DNA of 63,627 bases, filler included, from Catajapyx aquilonaris (GCA_000934665.2; 4 parts of 4 records of this genome joined end to end with filler, not necessarily neighbours in it), one strand, 5' to 3'. Numbered from the whole stretch's first letter, positions 25,982 through 39,297 are shown. Program-made: numbers and translations. The notes: generated from the sequence alone by a model not told the origin.

Positions 25982-27353
25982 GTGACTGGTGATTTTTCAC
26001 AGCAGAATGTTCCTTGCCGTTCCATTCCCCTGTTCTCTTTATTATTCCCTAACACCACCTCCTGTGGCCAAGCTGGAGACAAATTGATACAGATGCAGAG
26101 GAGGCATGACCAACCAGCCCATACGAATTTCCCACATGTGACTCGTTCTTTGAGCAAGTTGTTCCATCACTCAGGCAGGAACAAGGACGTCTAGCCATCT
26201 CAAACAATGGCGGCAACCAGGCCCATGGGTCTTCTTCCCAACTGCTACCCTCACGTTGTCTCCGCCAGTACCCCGCAAGGGATCTCTTGATGGTTGGGGG
26301 ATTGAAGCCCTTCCCTTCCCTCCTTCCCACAGGCCTCCTCCTCATGCCGTCCATCAGGTCCTTCCATACGAGTCAAGAGCAGGAGTGTTGGCTTTGTACA
26401 TCAGCCACATGTGATTCTATAGGCAAGGTTGGTTACGTAACTTCATCATCATGCCTCATGGCTTATCCCACAAGACTGGGGGTGCAGTGGTGGTCGTCGC
26501 TACCCTCACATAACCATTATTTAATAATTCTCGAGCCTGGTCAGGTACTCGCAAAAATGGAGGGAGAAATACAACAGAGTGCCAAATGGTCAGGCTATGC
26601 TGGGTTGTCCACTTCTGCGGTGTCCCTGGAGACGTCCAACCCCAAAGGATGGGTGAGGCAGGAGTGCCATCTCACTGCTGGGTTGTTGGCACCACCAGAC
26701 AGCAACCCCGTCACAGTGCATGGAACACAGGAGGGTAGCAAAGCCTCCAGCGTTTCGTTTGGAATGCCTTCTACTTGCGGAATCATTGCCAACAGGTAAA
26801 GCATACGATATAAAACCCAGGTGTGATGCAGTGTGGATGTGCCCTTTCCAATCTGCAAAAAAAGAAAGTATGCATTAATTTTCAATTTACATCACACATT
26901 CAGGACACTAGAAAAATGGCAATCACAACACCTAACATCCGAATGTCATAAAACATTTTATCAGCACCCCATTTCTCCTTTTAAAAAGGACGTCCAAGCC
27001 ATGTTACTTTTGTGGCAAAATCAATGCAAAAATCTGTTTCTGGCTAACACTGGACACTTGTTGAATTTCTGACAAAGTGGCTGCAATAGCTGGTGTGTCT
27101 CAAAATAAGTACCTATTACGCTACACCCATTTCTTGAAGAGGATTCCCATTTACGTTGATGGATCTAATAAACCAGCAATTCAAATGAGAGGGATGTAGT
27201 GTAGTGACGTATCACCTAAGGGGCAGCTGCGATATACGCAATTTAATTTCAGGTCAGATAATGGAAACTGTTAAAAAAAGCTCGGCTCATATGTACAAAC
27301 CAAAAACCAGATCCTTAAAATCTGTTGTGGCATTCGTTACACATCTACAATCT

Positions 27354-30300
27354 GAGCAATTCCAGGTCAAATCACGCAAAGGACTTCACCCTCTTTTTTT
27401 AAATCTCGATGAAACTTGGTACCATAATTTTCCATGAGGAATAGAGCATGAATCAAGTTTTTCAGACAATTCTGGGTCATTAGGTCACATGTAATGAAGT
27501 GGGCAAAATACCGTAAAAGGCCCACACACTTGGAAGAACAACCCTGTCTCATTGACTACACGTCAGAATAATATTTCTGATGTACGAATGTGCTGTCCAG
27601 GATTGAGAGATTCTGATGGTTGAATGTTCAAATTTTTGAAGTCTGAATAAAGGTGTTGCACAGGGTGTATCAGTCACGGGTCAAGCGTGCGCGAGAGGGT
27701 GGGGAAAAATCGCAGGTAGCGATAACCCCAGTCTGTTTCATAAAACAATAAGAAATAAGGGAGTAATCGATTTTTGATTATGGCAATACGGTGTGACGTC
27801 ACATCCTTTCCGTTCAAATTGAGAGGCGCGGAAAGGCGAGTACGGTGCATACAGCGGCTCTCTAGCCGTGCCTGTTGCACTGAACAAGGCGCTCTCATGC
27901 TCCCACCTTCCTTCCCAAAGCATGGGGCCGGGCTTGGACCGCGGCAACCCCTCTCAACATCCTCCGCCAATTCTCAGTGCACCGTTGCATGGGCAGGTCG
28001 CGAAGAGAGGTTGCTGAGGTCCAAGCCCGACCCCATGCTGTGCGTGGGAAGGCGGGAGAGCATGAGTGTGCCTTGTTCAGTGCAACCAGCACAGCCAGAG
28101 AGCCGCTGTACGCACCGTACTCGTCTTTTGGCGCCTCTCAATTCGAACGGAAAGGACGTGGCGTCACGCCATATTGCAGTAATCAAAAATCGATTTCTCC
28201 CTTATTTCTAATTGCTAAAACTGACTAGGGTTATCGCCACCTACGATTTTTCCCCACCCATTCCTGCATGCTTGACCCGTGACTCTTATACACCCTGTAT
28301 GTAGAATTCGTTGTTGAAAGATATTATGGTCAACTAACTACCTCTTTCGTCCTTGAAATTTACATCCCGCATTCTGTACTTCATCCAGCATTTTTTACGA
28401 ATTTTCCCAGGGTGGTCCCTCAGTAACTTTCAGCGTAATAAAATAAAACAGATATAGTTTGTTACTGTATATTGGTTGTATGATGTCACGAATTTTTCCA
28501 AGGCTGGCAGGGTCCATCTGGAGTAAAGGCAGGCTGCGAGCATGTGGCATGTTCCCAACCTCCTTCGGGACAGATGGACCCTGATGCCGACCCTGCCAGC
28601 CTTGGCACTAATTTCGTAACGTTAAACAACCGAAATACATAGCCGACCGACATGTTTTATTTTATTACGTCGAAACTTACCGAGGGACCACCCTGGAAAA
28701 ATCAGTAAAAAATGGTTGTTGAAGTACAGAACACGGTATATATAATTTTTAAGGCCAAAGGAGATAGTTAGTTGACCTTAATAACTTTTTCAGCGATGAA
28801 CTCTAAATATAACACCTTTAGTCCGACTCAAAAAAATAATGTGATCATTAAATCATCGCAATATCTCAATCCTGGACAGCACATTCGTTTATCAGAAATA
28901 TTGTTGTGCAGTGTAGTTCACGAGACATAGGGTCGTTTGTCCACGGGTGTGGGGCCTTTTAACCGGTTTTTATGGGATTTTCCCCATTTAATTAATTGTG
29001 ACCTAGTGACACTGAATTGTTTAAAAAATTTGATTTGAGCTCAATTCCTTATGGGAAATGGCTTTCGGCTAAATTCTCCCAATTTTTTATGTGTTGTAGA
29101 AAATAAGATGGTAATCAATTCCTAACATTGCGCCAAGACCTGAAAATCATCAGGTCACCGGCTACATCGCATCGGGTCAAAGGGCAGCCTATTGGTCCCT
29201 CATAAGGTCCACCAAATGTGGTACCAATGGAACGGGCGTGATTAGCTGGTTCTGAAAAACCCCACATGTTGACACCTGTGACCTACAGGTCACACGCTAC
29301 TTCGGGTCAATGATACAAAATATCGGTCCCTCAATTGGCCCGTCTACTGTACAGTCCAGGACAAAATAGCAAATCATAAATGCAAACAACGGCTTTGGCG
29401 TTACCTGGGAACCAGGCGTGTTTGGACATCGGCACGTGGAGAGTTCTTAGCGCTCTTTCTATTGTTGCCCCTGTTTACAGGTAGCGATTGATCCTGGGCG
29501 ACCTAGCGACGGGTCTAATGCATGGCATCGGATTAAGCGGGATGCGACCTATAGGTCGCCCAGCATCAATCGCAACCTGTAAACAGTGGCAACAATAGAA
29601 AGAACGCTATGCACTCTCCATACGCTGATGTCGGAACACACCCGGTTGCCAGATAACGCCAAAACCGTTGTTTATGCTATTTTGTCGTGGACCAGGGAGC
29701 ATATACTACATAAGAGGCGCAAACTTCCGTCGGCGCCTTTGATGTTCGCATCTCTCTGTTTATAGGGAGTTGCCAAGGCTGGCGGCCATCTTGAAGTGTG
29801 TGGTGCGCCAACGAGGTATGAATAGGGTACAGGCAAAAATAGGGTCCGCCATCTTTGGTGATTTTGGCGGCCATGGCAACTACACGCCAAGAACATGCGC
29901 GAATTTGAATTCGATATTGGAATGGATAAGTAAATTGTTATTGCCGTGTATTGCCATGGCAGCCAAAACCATCAAAGATGGCGGACCCCCGCAGACCTTG
30001 ATGTCCTGCCTATCCTATTTATACCTCGTTGGCGCACCACACACTTCAAGATGGCCGCCAGCCTTGGCGACACCCTATAAAAAGAGAGACGTAAAAATCG
30101 AATGTTTGCGCCTCTTATGTAGTATATGCTCCCTGCCTGGACTGTACAGTAGATGGGCCAATTGAGGGATCTTTTTTTTTTGTATCTTTGACCCGATGTA
30201 GGGCATGACCTGTAGGTCACAGGGGTGAACATGTGGGGTGTTTCAGAACCAGCTAATCATGCCCGTTCCATTGGTACCACATTTGGTGGACCTTATGAGG

Positions 30301-30511
30301 GAACGGTAGGCTGCCCTTTGACCCATTGTAGTGGGTGACCTGATGATTTTCTTGGTGCAATGTTCAGAATTGATTACCATCTTAGTTTCTACAACAAATA
30401 AAAAATGAGATAATTTAACCAAAAGCCATCTCTCATAAGGAATGGTGCCACATCCTTTCATTCCAATCAAAAAGTTGGAAGTCCTTTGTGTGATTTGTCC
30501 TGGAATCACCT
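27354..30511. mobile_element. Non-autonomous TIR DNA transposon composed of nested branching palindromes
   Basis: Outer IR 27354-27425/30442-30511 (aattccaggtcaaatcacgcaaaggacttc vs gaagtcctttgtgtgatttgtcctggaat). Internal stems: 27428-28520/28571-29059, 29045-29360/30136-30442, 29356-29505/29552-29690, 29693-29894/29937-30135. No coding capacity. Confidence 0.85.
27661..28297. mobile_element. Tc1/mariner-type foldback MITE nested in the left arm of the branched element
   Basis: Ends CAGGGTGTAT..ATACACCCTG, ~295-bp arms, flanked by CA/TA (mutated TA TSD). The opposite host arm (~28801-28820) shows the empty site. Confidence 0.9.
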
Positions 30512-31984
30512 TCCTAACAAATATCAAATCCATATCCCCGCCATTTTTTGAGCCTTGCCAGGAGAAGGTCTACTATCTCGCCTTTTGAAGTTACTTTCAT
30601 CGCAGATTGAAGGCAATGAGAAATGTCAAGATGTTGCAAACGTATTTTACAAGTGTCCCAGACACAATAAAATATATATGCATATCACTGTGCAGACCAC
30701 AGCTTAAGAAATCTGCCAATGCAGTTTAGACTACTCAAGCAGCCTTAAAAATTTGAGATGGCTTTAGTCCAATTGTGACAAATAATGGTGTTGCCATAAT
30801 TACAGTTAATTTCACCTAAAAGAAACATTAGTACAGTGTGACAATTACCTCCACATTAGCCAGGTGAGGCTGATCACCATTGTCATCCCAAACTGAGCTG
30901 ATGTTTCACTCCATAGCTATGGGCCACCATTCCATCCACCGCTAACCAATTTCCCCCTTGAAGCCTCCTTTGAGGGAATTGTCATGTTCCCAAGACTCAT
31001 CCCTTGTTGAATTGTTGCCAAGTATTTCAAGAAGTTCTTCACGGTTGCCAGTCATTTGATGGCGACGGTCAGATGACTTTTCTTTCTGTAAATAAAATTA
31101 ACATCAGTCACACTGTCAATTAAACACCACTAGTTCTGATCACACAAGACGACCCAATGCAATGGTCAATGCCAATTTGTTAAGGATCCCCTCATTGTGA
31201 TAATTTTAATGAAGTTGTTTCCAGTGAATATTAAATAAAAAATTAAAATTAAATTTATGCACTTATACATGAAATTGAGAAATACGGATTTGAAAATTTA
31301 TTTCTTCAATCTTACAATTACAAAAAGCATTTTAAAAATCTATTTAATTGCTTTTACAGAAATGATGGAAGATGAGCAATCTTTCAGGGTTACAAATATA
31401 TTGTCATCTAAAATTGACATTAATGGGTATAATGTATGTGAAGTTTGGGTTTTCCTTTGCAAAGTGTTGGCACATTGTACAAACAGGGGTGCACAAGCAC
31501 TCGTTTGATAAAATATTGATTTTCAAAATTTATAGCATTCTCTCACATTGCCAAATAATGCATACAATGTAATGGTCCTAGTCCTTTCTGTGGCATATGA
31601 AGTTGGAAAAAAATTTAAAATCCACATATCTCAGTTGGGGATTTAATTACGCAATAACTGTTGTTCATCATCATCAAAACATTTGGCACACCCTCAATAA
31701 AAAGAATCAAGATTGCACATGACAATGATCTAACAACAACTATGTGCTTGGTCCATCCCCCCTAACTATGCAATAACTACGCAAATGTTTAGATTAAATA
31801 TGACTGACAATAGTTCCATTACGTTAATTTTTCGGGAGAAAATGTTGCCTGAATTCAGATGGTTTGGAGGATTATGCCAAGACTGGGAAGTTAAAGCCAA
31901 CATGCATTTTGTGCAAGCTTTTTTGTAACATGCAAAATGCTTGATAACACCAAAGCATCCCAATTTTTATCAGAAATGGTTTTA

Positions 31985-32435
31985 ACAGTATTAGATGAGA
32001 AAGTATGACTGAGTTTTTTAATCTGTTGTCTGAGTGTTGCAAACCTGGGCTTGAAAGTTGAGAATATGAAATTTTGTTGCATCTGAATTGGCCCCAGTGG
32101 GAATTAGGAACCTTAACTGTCATTTTTTATGACAATTGCACACCAGTTTTTTGATTCACATATTGTCCACTAACAATAATTTTAATCGAATTTAAAATAC
32201 AATAATTCCTCTTTGTAATACTCCAATCGAGGTACTGCCATATTGTTTAATGAGCATTGACTTCGTTAAATTCTACCTTCGAAATTGGGCATCTGCAATT
32301 GTCATAAAAATTAAAATTACGATACATTCATATCACGAATTGTGGCTTCAAGTGCAAAATAGTGGTGACATCGAAGTATAGGTTTTCACTGCTCAGAGAT
32401 TTAAAAACTGAGTTTCAATATTTCATCTCAAATTG
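31985..32435. repeat. Old degenerate foldback
   Basis: tttttatgacaattgca (~32124-32140) vs tgcaattgtcataaaaa (~32294-32310), with patchy complementarity extending outward (actgagttttttaatct / agatttaaaaactgagt). Confidence 0.55.
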
Positions 32436-32550
32436 AGGAACTTCCAATAAAAAATATGGTGATACACCACAAAATAATTATCAAAAGAAAATAATTTTCC
32501 AGCCTAAATTCATGCCACATTTTGTACAATCCAGGTCTCATACGTAATTC

Positions 32551-33265
32551 GAGTCCAGATTTTAGGCAAATAGGCAGTTAAAGCGGCACAAAAAACCCCT
32601 CAAATAGGCACAAAAAAGTTTCCTTTTTTGGGGATCATGTTACTGAAAATTAAAAAGCCATGAAAATTATATAAGCCAAAAGTATAAAATAATTAATATA
32701 AGGTCACAAACCAGAGGAAAAATCGAATAACAATGATCAACTGTCAGAAAATCACAAAACTTGAGCAAAAGACAAACAAAGTGCAAGCATCACTTTCTCT
32801 GGACTCTCCCGCTAATAGCCAGTCTCCACTTGCACCATACGTGGACAATATGTTGCCAAATATTTTTCTAATCCGAGGAAAATTTAGAAAAATATCTGGC
32901 ATAAATATGTGTCACAGAAACATGATTCGTATTACTTCTGAACAATTTTGGGTCATTTCAGGAGCACAAAAACATACTCCTCAAAAAAACCAAACAAACC
33001 AAAACTCTGAAGGAATAGGCTCAAAAAGTCCCAAAATGACTGCAAAAAGTTCCAAAACTATCCCAAAAAAGCCCAAATAGGCATAAGAAGTTGTGAAATG
33101 GTAGAATAGGCAACCTAGTTCCCAAAACCACGAAATAGGCAATTTAAGGCACTATAAAACCTACATTTTCTACATCCTGCACTTATGGAAGGGATAGATC
33201 TCTTCACTAAACCGTCCCAACTTGTAAGGAACTAAATAGGCCGTTGCCTAAAAACCTGGACTTTA
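32551..33265. mobile_element. Non-autonomous TIR element with AATAGGC subterminal repeats
   Basis: gagtccagattttaggcaa .. ttgcctaaaaacctggacttta with several aataggc repeats; a related right end (cctaaaaatccgttcctta) lies at 35076-35094. Superfamily not assigned. Confidence 0.6.
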
Positions 33266-33271
33266 CTCATA

Positions 33272-33649
33272 CGAGGTGCATTCAAGTTATAACATCTCCG
33301 ATTTTTTTTCTTAGGACTGGAAACAGATAGAAACATGCGGTTGGTTTTAAAACACGTGTGCACTCGTTGTGAATGCGTGACAGAGATGGCAGCACTGTAC
33401 GGCACACAGAACTCTGGTGGTAGCGTCCCGAGTGAGGGCTGTTTTTTATACTTAAAATGGCGACGTTTTCATTACAAGAACAGCGTGTAATCATTCGTTT
33501 TCTCCATTTGCGTGGCGTGACACCGATTGAAATTCATCGCCAGTTGAGTGAAACATGTGGTGATGGTGTCATGGATGTGTCTAATGTGCGTTCGTGGGTC
33601 CAACAGTTCAAAGAAGGCAGAACGTCGTGTGACAGCAAACCAAGACAAT
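33272..33649 (+). mobile_element. mariner element, left end, truncated by contig end
   Basis: TA|CGAGGTGCATTCAAGTTATAAC terminus followed by the transposase ORF. Confidence 0.85.
33457..33649 (+). CDS. mariner (Mos1/SETMAR-like) transposase N-terminal HTH, partial
   Basis: EQRVIIRFLHLRGVTPIEIHRQLSETCGDGVMDVSNVRSWVQQFKEGRTSCDSKPR; uninterrupted up to the gap. Confidence 0.9.
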
Positions 33650-33749
33650 NNNNNNNNNNNNNNNNNNNNNNNNNNNNNNNNNNNNNNNNNNNNTTAATTA
33701 ATTAANNNNNNNNNNNNNNNNNNNNNNNNNNNNNNNNNNNNNNNNNNNN
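33650..33749. other. Artificial contig-joining linker
   Basis: N44-TTAATTAATTAA-N44. Confidence 0.98.
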
Positions 33750-33870
33750 GTGAGAGTGTGTGAAAGAGGGTGGGTTGGTTGGGTAAGAGGCACATTTTCG
33801 TTCTGAATTACTGTCAGAGTCGTTTAGCCGTTTCATAAGAAACGTTGGTAAGCATGCACACACCCTTCGT

Positions 33871-34290
33871 CCCAGCATCAATCGCTACCTGTAAACAGTG
33901 GCAACGACAGAAAGAACGCTAAGCACTCTCCACATGACGATGTCCGAACACGACCAGTTGCCAGGTAACGCCAAAGTCGTTGTTTACACTTGTTATATGC
34001 TATTGTGTCCAGCACTGTACAGATATAACCATTACTACGTTTTTAAGGTCAGGCGATTACAATTTGGACTGGAATATAGATGGCCCCAAGATTTCAAGGG
34101 AAGCCGGTAAACAAAAGGGGACCGTGACTCCTCCACCCCCACCCCCCACCCCGAGCTGCATGAGACGGTGGAATGGTGGGGGTTATGATCGCCTCTAGTT
34201 TTCTGGCCCCCTTTGCAATATGGATGCCATCTCTATGTCAGATCAAATTGTAATCGCCGGACCTTCAAAACTTAGCAAAGGTCATCTCTG
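33871..34290. mobile_element. Relative of the branched element: shared arm plus a different hairpin module
   Basis: 33871-34022 matches the reverse complement of 29347-29498; it is followed directly by a hairpin 34020-34140/34168-34290 (aaggtcaggcgattacaatttg / caaattgtaatcgccggacctt). Confidence 0.8.
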
Positions 34291-34770
34291 CCTGTGTTAC
34301 CGACTTACCGTTGTTGAATTTTAAAATACTCACCATGACTGGTGTTGACTCAGCCCATGTAACTTTAAAGTCATTGGGTCAGAGATGACCAAAACATAAT
34401 GAAAACCATCCTTACATCGCCTATGATGAGAAAAAGGCATTAGAATTTTTTTTCTTCCTACAATCCTAAATGTGTGCAGTACCTCTGTACGGGCAACTTT
34501 GAGGATGCTATTTGCAAGTCTGAGGTACTGTGTCTGGATCCAATTCTCACTTTGTGTGGAATACTAGGGACACGAGTCCAAAATGCCTCAAAATTGCCAG
34601 TTGCACATTTAATCTAAGCAGTATAACAGTCTCCTTAAGGCATCTACAAGGGTGTCTAATTTCCAAGATGATGATTTTGTCCCCTTTCTGGGCCATGGAC
34701 CGTCAGGGTAAAACATATACCCTCAATCCATGGGCTCTCCGTGGGCGTACCACAAACCTTTCCTGCACAG

Positions 34771-34822
34771 CTACTCGGTCTTGCATTTAGGACAGAGAGG
34801 TATAATATTTTATTCTGCAAAG
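34771..34822 (+). CDS. Possible upstream myosin XV exon (YSVLHLGQRGIIFYSAK)
   Basis: cctttcctgcacag|..|gtaagt; peptide weakly resembles the segment preceding the myosin XV SH3. The linking exon was not found. Confidence 0.3.
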
Positions 34823-35532
34823 GTAAGTGCAGGGGCTGCCCATAATGGCTACACTGGCATCTTCTTAATGTTCCCAAAAATCAAATTCATCATATCAATA
34901 TCAATATCAGTTTGTTACTGTGCTGCAAAATTCCATGGTCTAGAGCAGGCTGTAATAGCCTATGTGTAGAAATTAAAATAAATTAGAACCAGCTTGATTT
35001 ATAGTGCCTGTTTAAGAGCCTATTTTGACTGTTTTCAGGGCCTAAATGCCTACCTATTTGATGGTTTTTTAAGAACCTAAAAATCCGTTCCTTACTGATC
35101 ATCTTTGCATCGTAGCGCAACGAAACACGCGGTAACGAACCAATAAAAAACCAGATTGGCAAATCACGTGAGCGTGATTATAGTAGATTTTTTCTTATTC
35201 TTTCAAGTATGAAACTTTATGGGTATAACATCATGATGGCCGAGGACTTGCATCCCAAACCGACCCAACTTCAGAAATTAATTACGCAGCCCCTGCTTCA
35301 GCGCGCCAGGTAAAATCCAGGGTAAATCTCCGACACACTTGGTCAGGAACCCGGTGAAACTAATTTCGAAATCCAACGATAACCCGCCCGTAAAGTAGAG
35401 TTGTGCGGATAGAGGGACCTGGAAAACCGGAAGTGGAAGTTCACCGGAAGTTGACCATGAAACCTGTTTTGGTCACTTATTCAGAATCCGAAAACCGTTT
35501 TGTCGCTAGGTTGAGACCCTGATACCTGTCCA

Positions 35533-35603
35533 CGGACGGACGGACAGACAGAGCCGTTCTATTTTACGATGGGGTTAGGTTCCAACAAAACAGGGTCGTA
35601 AAA
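35533..35603 (+). mobile_element. Helentron/DINE-1-like (HINE) 3' end
   Basis: cggacggacggacagacag microsatellite followed by a terminal hairpin ttttacga..tcgtaaaa. Confidence 0.4.
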
Positions 35604-38600
35604 TTAAAAGTCGTAAAACGAAGACTATCTGTATTTTTAGCTTTATGCAGCCCGGATCCGGACCATTGAATACCGTAATAATATGTGATGATGATGACAA
35701 CTATACACTTGTGGCATTACTCAAGGGTTCTTGTGGATGTGTATTCGAGGTCGTGAGTGACCAAGTGGCACGAAGGGTGCAACATTTAGTAGTAAGGAAG
35801 CGTTTTGAAAGTTCCGCATAATACGATCGTGCTGTGAACATTACCTTGACCCCAAAGAGCCCAAACCTGCTGTGCATGTTGGTCATCCTGCTCTTCTTCC
35901 GCCCCCACCGCAACCTCTGACCTTCTCAGACTGGGTCAGTCGAACAGTGCATGGACATGAGTTTTTCGTAAGGTCTGGGTCAAGGGGTTCCGTGACACTC
36001 GATTTGTACTTTTCGGGTGAACACTGCCTTGCAGTCACATTTTGTGGCCACGATTTTCGTGTTGCAGAAAAATGGGTTAACTGAAAGTATAACTGTGACC
36101 AGAAGTGACACCGAGTGTATTACTCATGACCGTTTATAACTCTCTGGGACTTCTAACTACGTTAATGATGGGGTAATTACTGTATGTCTACATGAAGTAT
36201 AAGCCCTACATAATACAACGCACAATAAATAATCACGACTTATTTGTGATATTAATAATATGCCTCATTCATCACGAAGATTGTAATTTTATGTACCAGA
36301 AATTTCGCTGAAGCTCATAATATGAAACTTTGGGCATGCTGGTTTTCATGTCTATTCGCTACGTGCTGGGTGTATGGGCATGTGCATCTACATCTGCTGT
36401 AAGTGGGCCTTGCTACTCCTCAGTTACTTTCACTAATTTTACCCATCTTGAGCGGGCCTCGCATGTTGTAAGCGCAAGGGTCACATAATTATAACGATTA
36501 AGAATTTACTGTCTTCACTTAAGCAACTGTCGTTGGCAACGTGACTTGCTGTTTGACACACGCGTATATCTAATAGTGACTTCTTGTAATCTATCACTCC
36601 CTCCATCAGATTGATTATTTCTTCCTTGAGAAAAGACAGGCACGTGAAGGTCAGCCATCATAATACCCACTCCAGCCGCCTTCACCAAGCCCGATTTGAC
36701 GTGTTATCCCCGCGAAGCAGAAATAGAAAGGTCCGATGTGAATCAGTACAATAATACCAGCAGTCATTACTTATATGTCAAGCAGTAACTGATGACGAAA
36801 GTGAATGTGGCCAGAATATTTTAAGGCGTTTCACGTGACGTCATTCCGCCCAAAATGATCTGTGTGAGTCTGTATTATCTGCATTACATCATTGCTATAG
36901 GGGCCGTGGTCAAACTTTTTTAACTGTTGGATCTGTTACTATAGAGGTGGTAATGACATGACAACTTGATGTGGAAAACGCTAATCAGTTGCAAGAAACA
37001 GGATTGGCATTTTCCGACACGATTCATTTCGTCACGCCAGCGCCATCGCCATGCAGAGACTGGTAATGTAACGATTGTGCGATGTCGAATACTGTACATA
37101 CAGTGTGTTCCAACTGAAGTCTCCGTAGTGGCAAGAGCTAATAGCTCTTGGTAGTGGTAAGGTTATTTTCGGCAGCTGCTTAATTTTAAACAGTTATTAC
37201 CGAATTTAGAGGTTATCAAAATATTAGCTTAGCTAATATTATGATGAAAGGGTGCTTTTTTAAAATAAAACTTGTGCAGGATGGTCTGAAAGGTGCGAAA
37301 AATTGGTTCAGCCATTGACCTGAAGTCCCATTGGGTCAGTGAGCCATTCGTAATATCCTCAGTTGCTGGTAAATTTGAATTACCAGCTTATTTGTTTGAA
37401 AACCTCTAAAAGCAATATTGTTTGAAATAAGAAATGCCAAAAAAAAAATCGCGCCACTTTAATAGGAACACACTGCATTAAAGGCACCCAAGTCGCACAG
37501 CACATACGGTACTTCTCACGTAATGGTCACTTGCCTATAGTCGATGACCGCAGGAGACACCAGAATGCTGTAGAATGCTGCCCGAGATTAGGAGTAGTGA
37601 CCTACATCTGCTGGACAACCTGCTTGTTGTTACTAATACTTAACGGTGCGGTTTTCATTAACGGTATGGAATGTATGCGCCAATAGCAGAGCTCTATGAA
37701 TAGTTGTGCTTATGCATCATTACTATATGCTCGGTCATCATTCGATGTCGTAGCCGATTTATTGTGGCTTGGCACGAGCGCGAAGAGATCCTGAGTGCTA
37801 GTCGAAAGAGAAGGGTGGCCAGAATAATTGTTGGGCACATCTCCGTGACCACTCGATTTGTCACCCTCGCGTGTATGCCTAGAGTGGCGGTATACAACTT
37901 CCAAGCATTGTTGAAGGAGTGGCGCAGCCTGCTGAGAGGAAGCTGGTTCGTCGCCCTTTTCAGGAAGAGCTTTCTACGGAGAGGAAGCTACTCCTTTTGT
38001 ATTCTTGGAGATTACCAAGAAGTGTTGATCAGCTCTGTACTCTTTGCGGAATAATAGTTACGCCCGGTAGCGTGCGGCGTGATGCGGGCGTAAGTTGCAG
38101 AGACACAGTCAGTCGCGAGCATAAAGATTTGGATGGTACTGCACCTCACAGTCACGTTGGACCTAGATGTCAACGGTTTTTTAACGAATACTTTGTCACC
38201 TTACAAATTGGCCGCGATGGTACCAACGTCGCAGGTACCATTTCTCCGACGAATCTGATCGTAGGAGATATCTCAGGAGTACACACCACGACTCTGCGAT
38301 TTCTTGTATTCCGCTATGAATCAGGCAGGCATCTTTTGAAAGCTAGGTGAGAAACCTAGAGTGTCTGAGTCTTGCAAGGTGCAACCTTCTTTTTGTCACT
38401 GCACCTATATTACCCTTGAATACCGTACCCTAGCCACGAGTAACTGCACGGTCACGCTTCTTCGAAATTGTAGCGTATCCAACTTTCCCTGTCACCTTCG
38501 TGAGACGGCCTAGATACCAGATGGTATGCCTCCCTGACAGTAGTGCAATAATTGATACTGTTTTGATACTGCTCTACAGCAGTGTTAATATGCGGTTAAA

Positions 38601-39297
38601 ATTACGGTGCTGAAGCATCATGTCATAAGCTCTCCAATGAAGATAAGTGATATTGCAGGTAGTGTTGGCGTGATGACTCGTTTCCCCCTGGTTTACAGCG
38701 AAACATTGTCGTAAATTTAAATTTAANCCCGGTTTTTTTTTAATGGGACAAGAAATTTTTACTGCTCTGGACGCGACCAATTGCATTCTCACGGTTTTGT
38801 CACCAGGTGAGGGACCCAACTTTCTACTCCATGCTTCAGTCCAGTCGGTGTGACCAGAACACCCGTGCTCATAACCCGCAACAAAAACGTTGGTCTTTCC
38901 GTCAAATGGCGTCAAATCCCTGTCACTTCCCAGTCATCCGTCTCCATCGGGACACTTCCCATGCCGTCCATGCGTTTTTGACAGTGTCGCAAGGTTGTCC
39001 ATTTCATAATCCGAGGGCGCGCCCATGGAAGCATGGCCCGGACAGAATGATGGATATGCTGAAAGTTTCAACCTTGACAGTTAGACGATGATCGTAGAGT
39101 TGGTGACACCCAGGGAAAAGGGGACATGAAAGCGTCTGATGGTGAGAATTTTTGGCTGTGCGGGGGAGGTGGTGAAGAAGAATAGATGGTAAGGGGCGTG
39201 GAAACTTTCTTTGAAACCGAATGGAAGCGAGTGAAACTACTCGGGAGTCTTTTTGTGCTGCAGTGTCTGGAAGAGAAAGGGAGTGTAGGGGTTACAT

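Noticed and set aside
27674..28228. Similar ORFs on both strands (also 29672-30232)
   Set aside because: Mirror products of inverted repeats, not genes.
29559..29675. Fixed arm asymmetry or G-U-biased substitutions implying RNA-level selection
   Set aside because: Manual three-way comparison gave similar numbers of private changes on each arm, and mismatches were not strand-biased.
30850..31087. Minus-strand exon-like segment with AG/GT ends
   Set aside because: Contains stops; no recognisable family.
37704..38350. Intronic ORFs of 116-143 aa
   Set aside because: No motif and no phase-compatible splice pair with the myosin exons.
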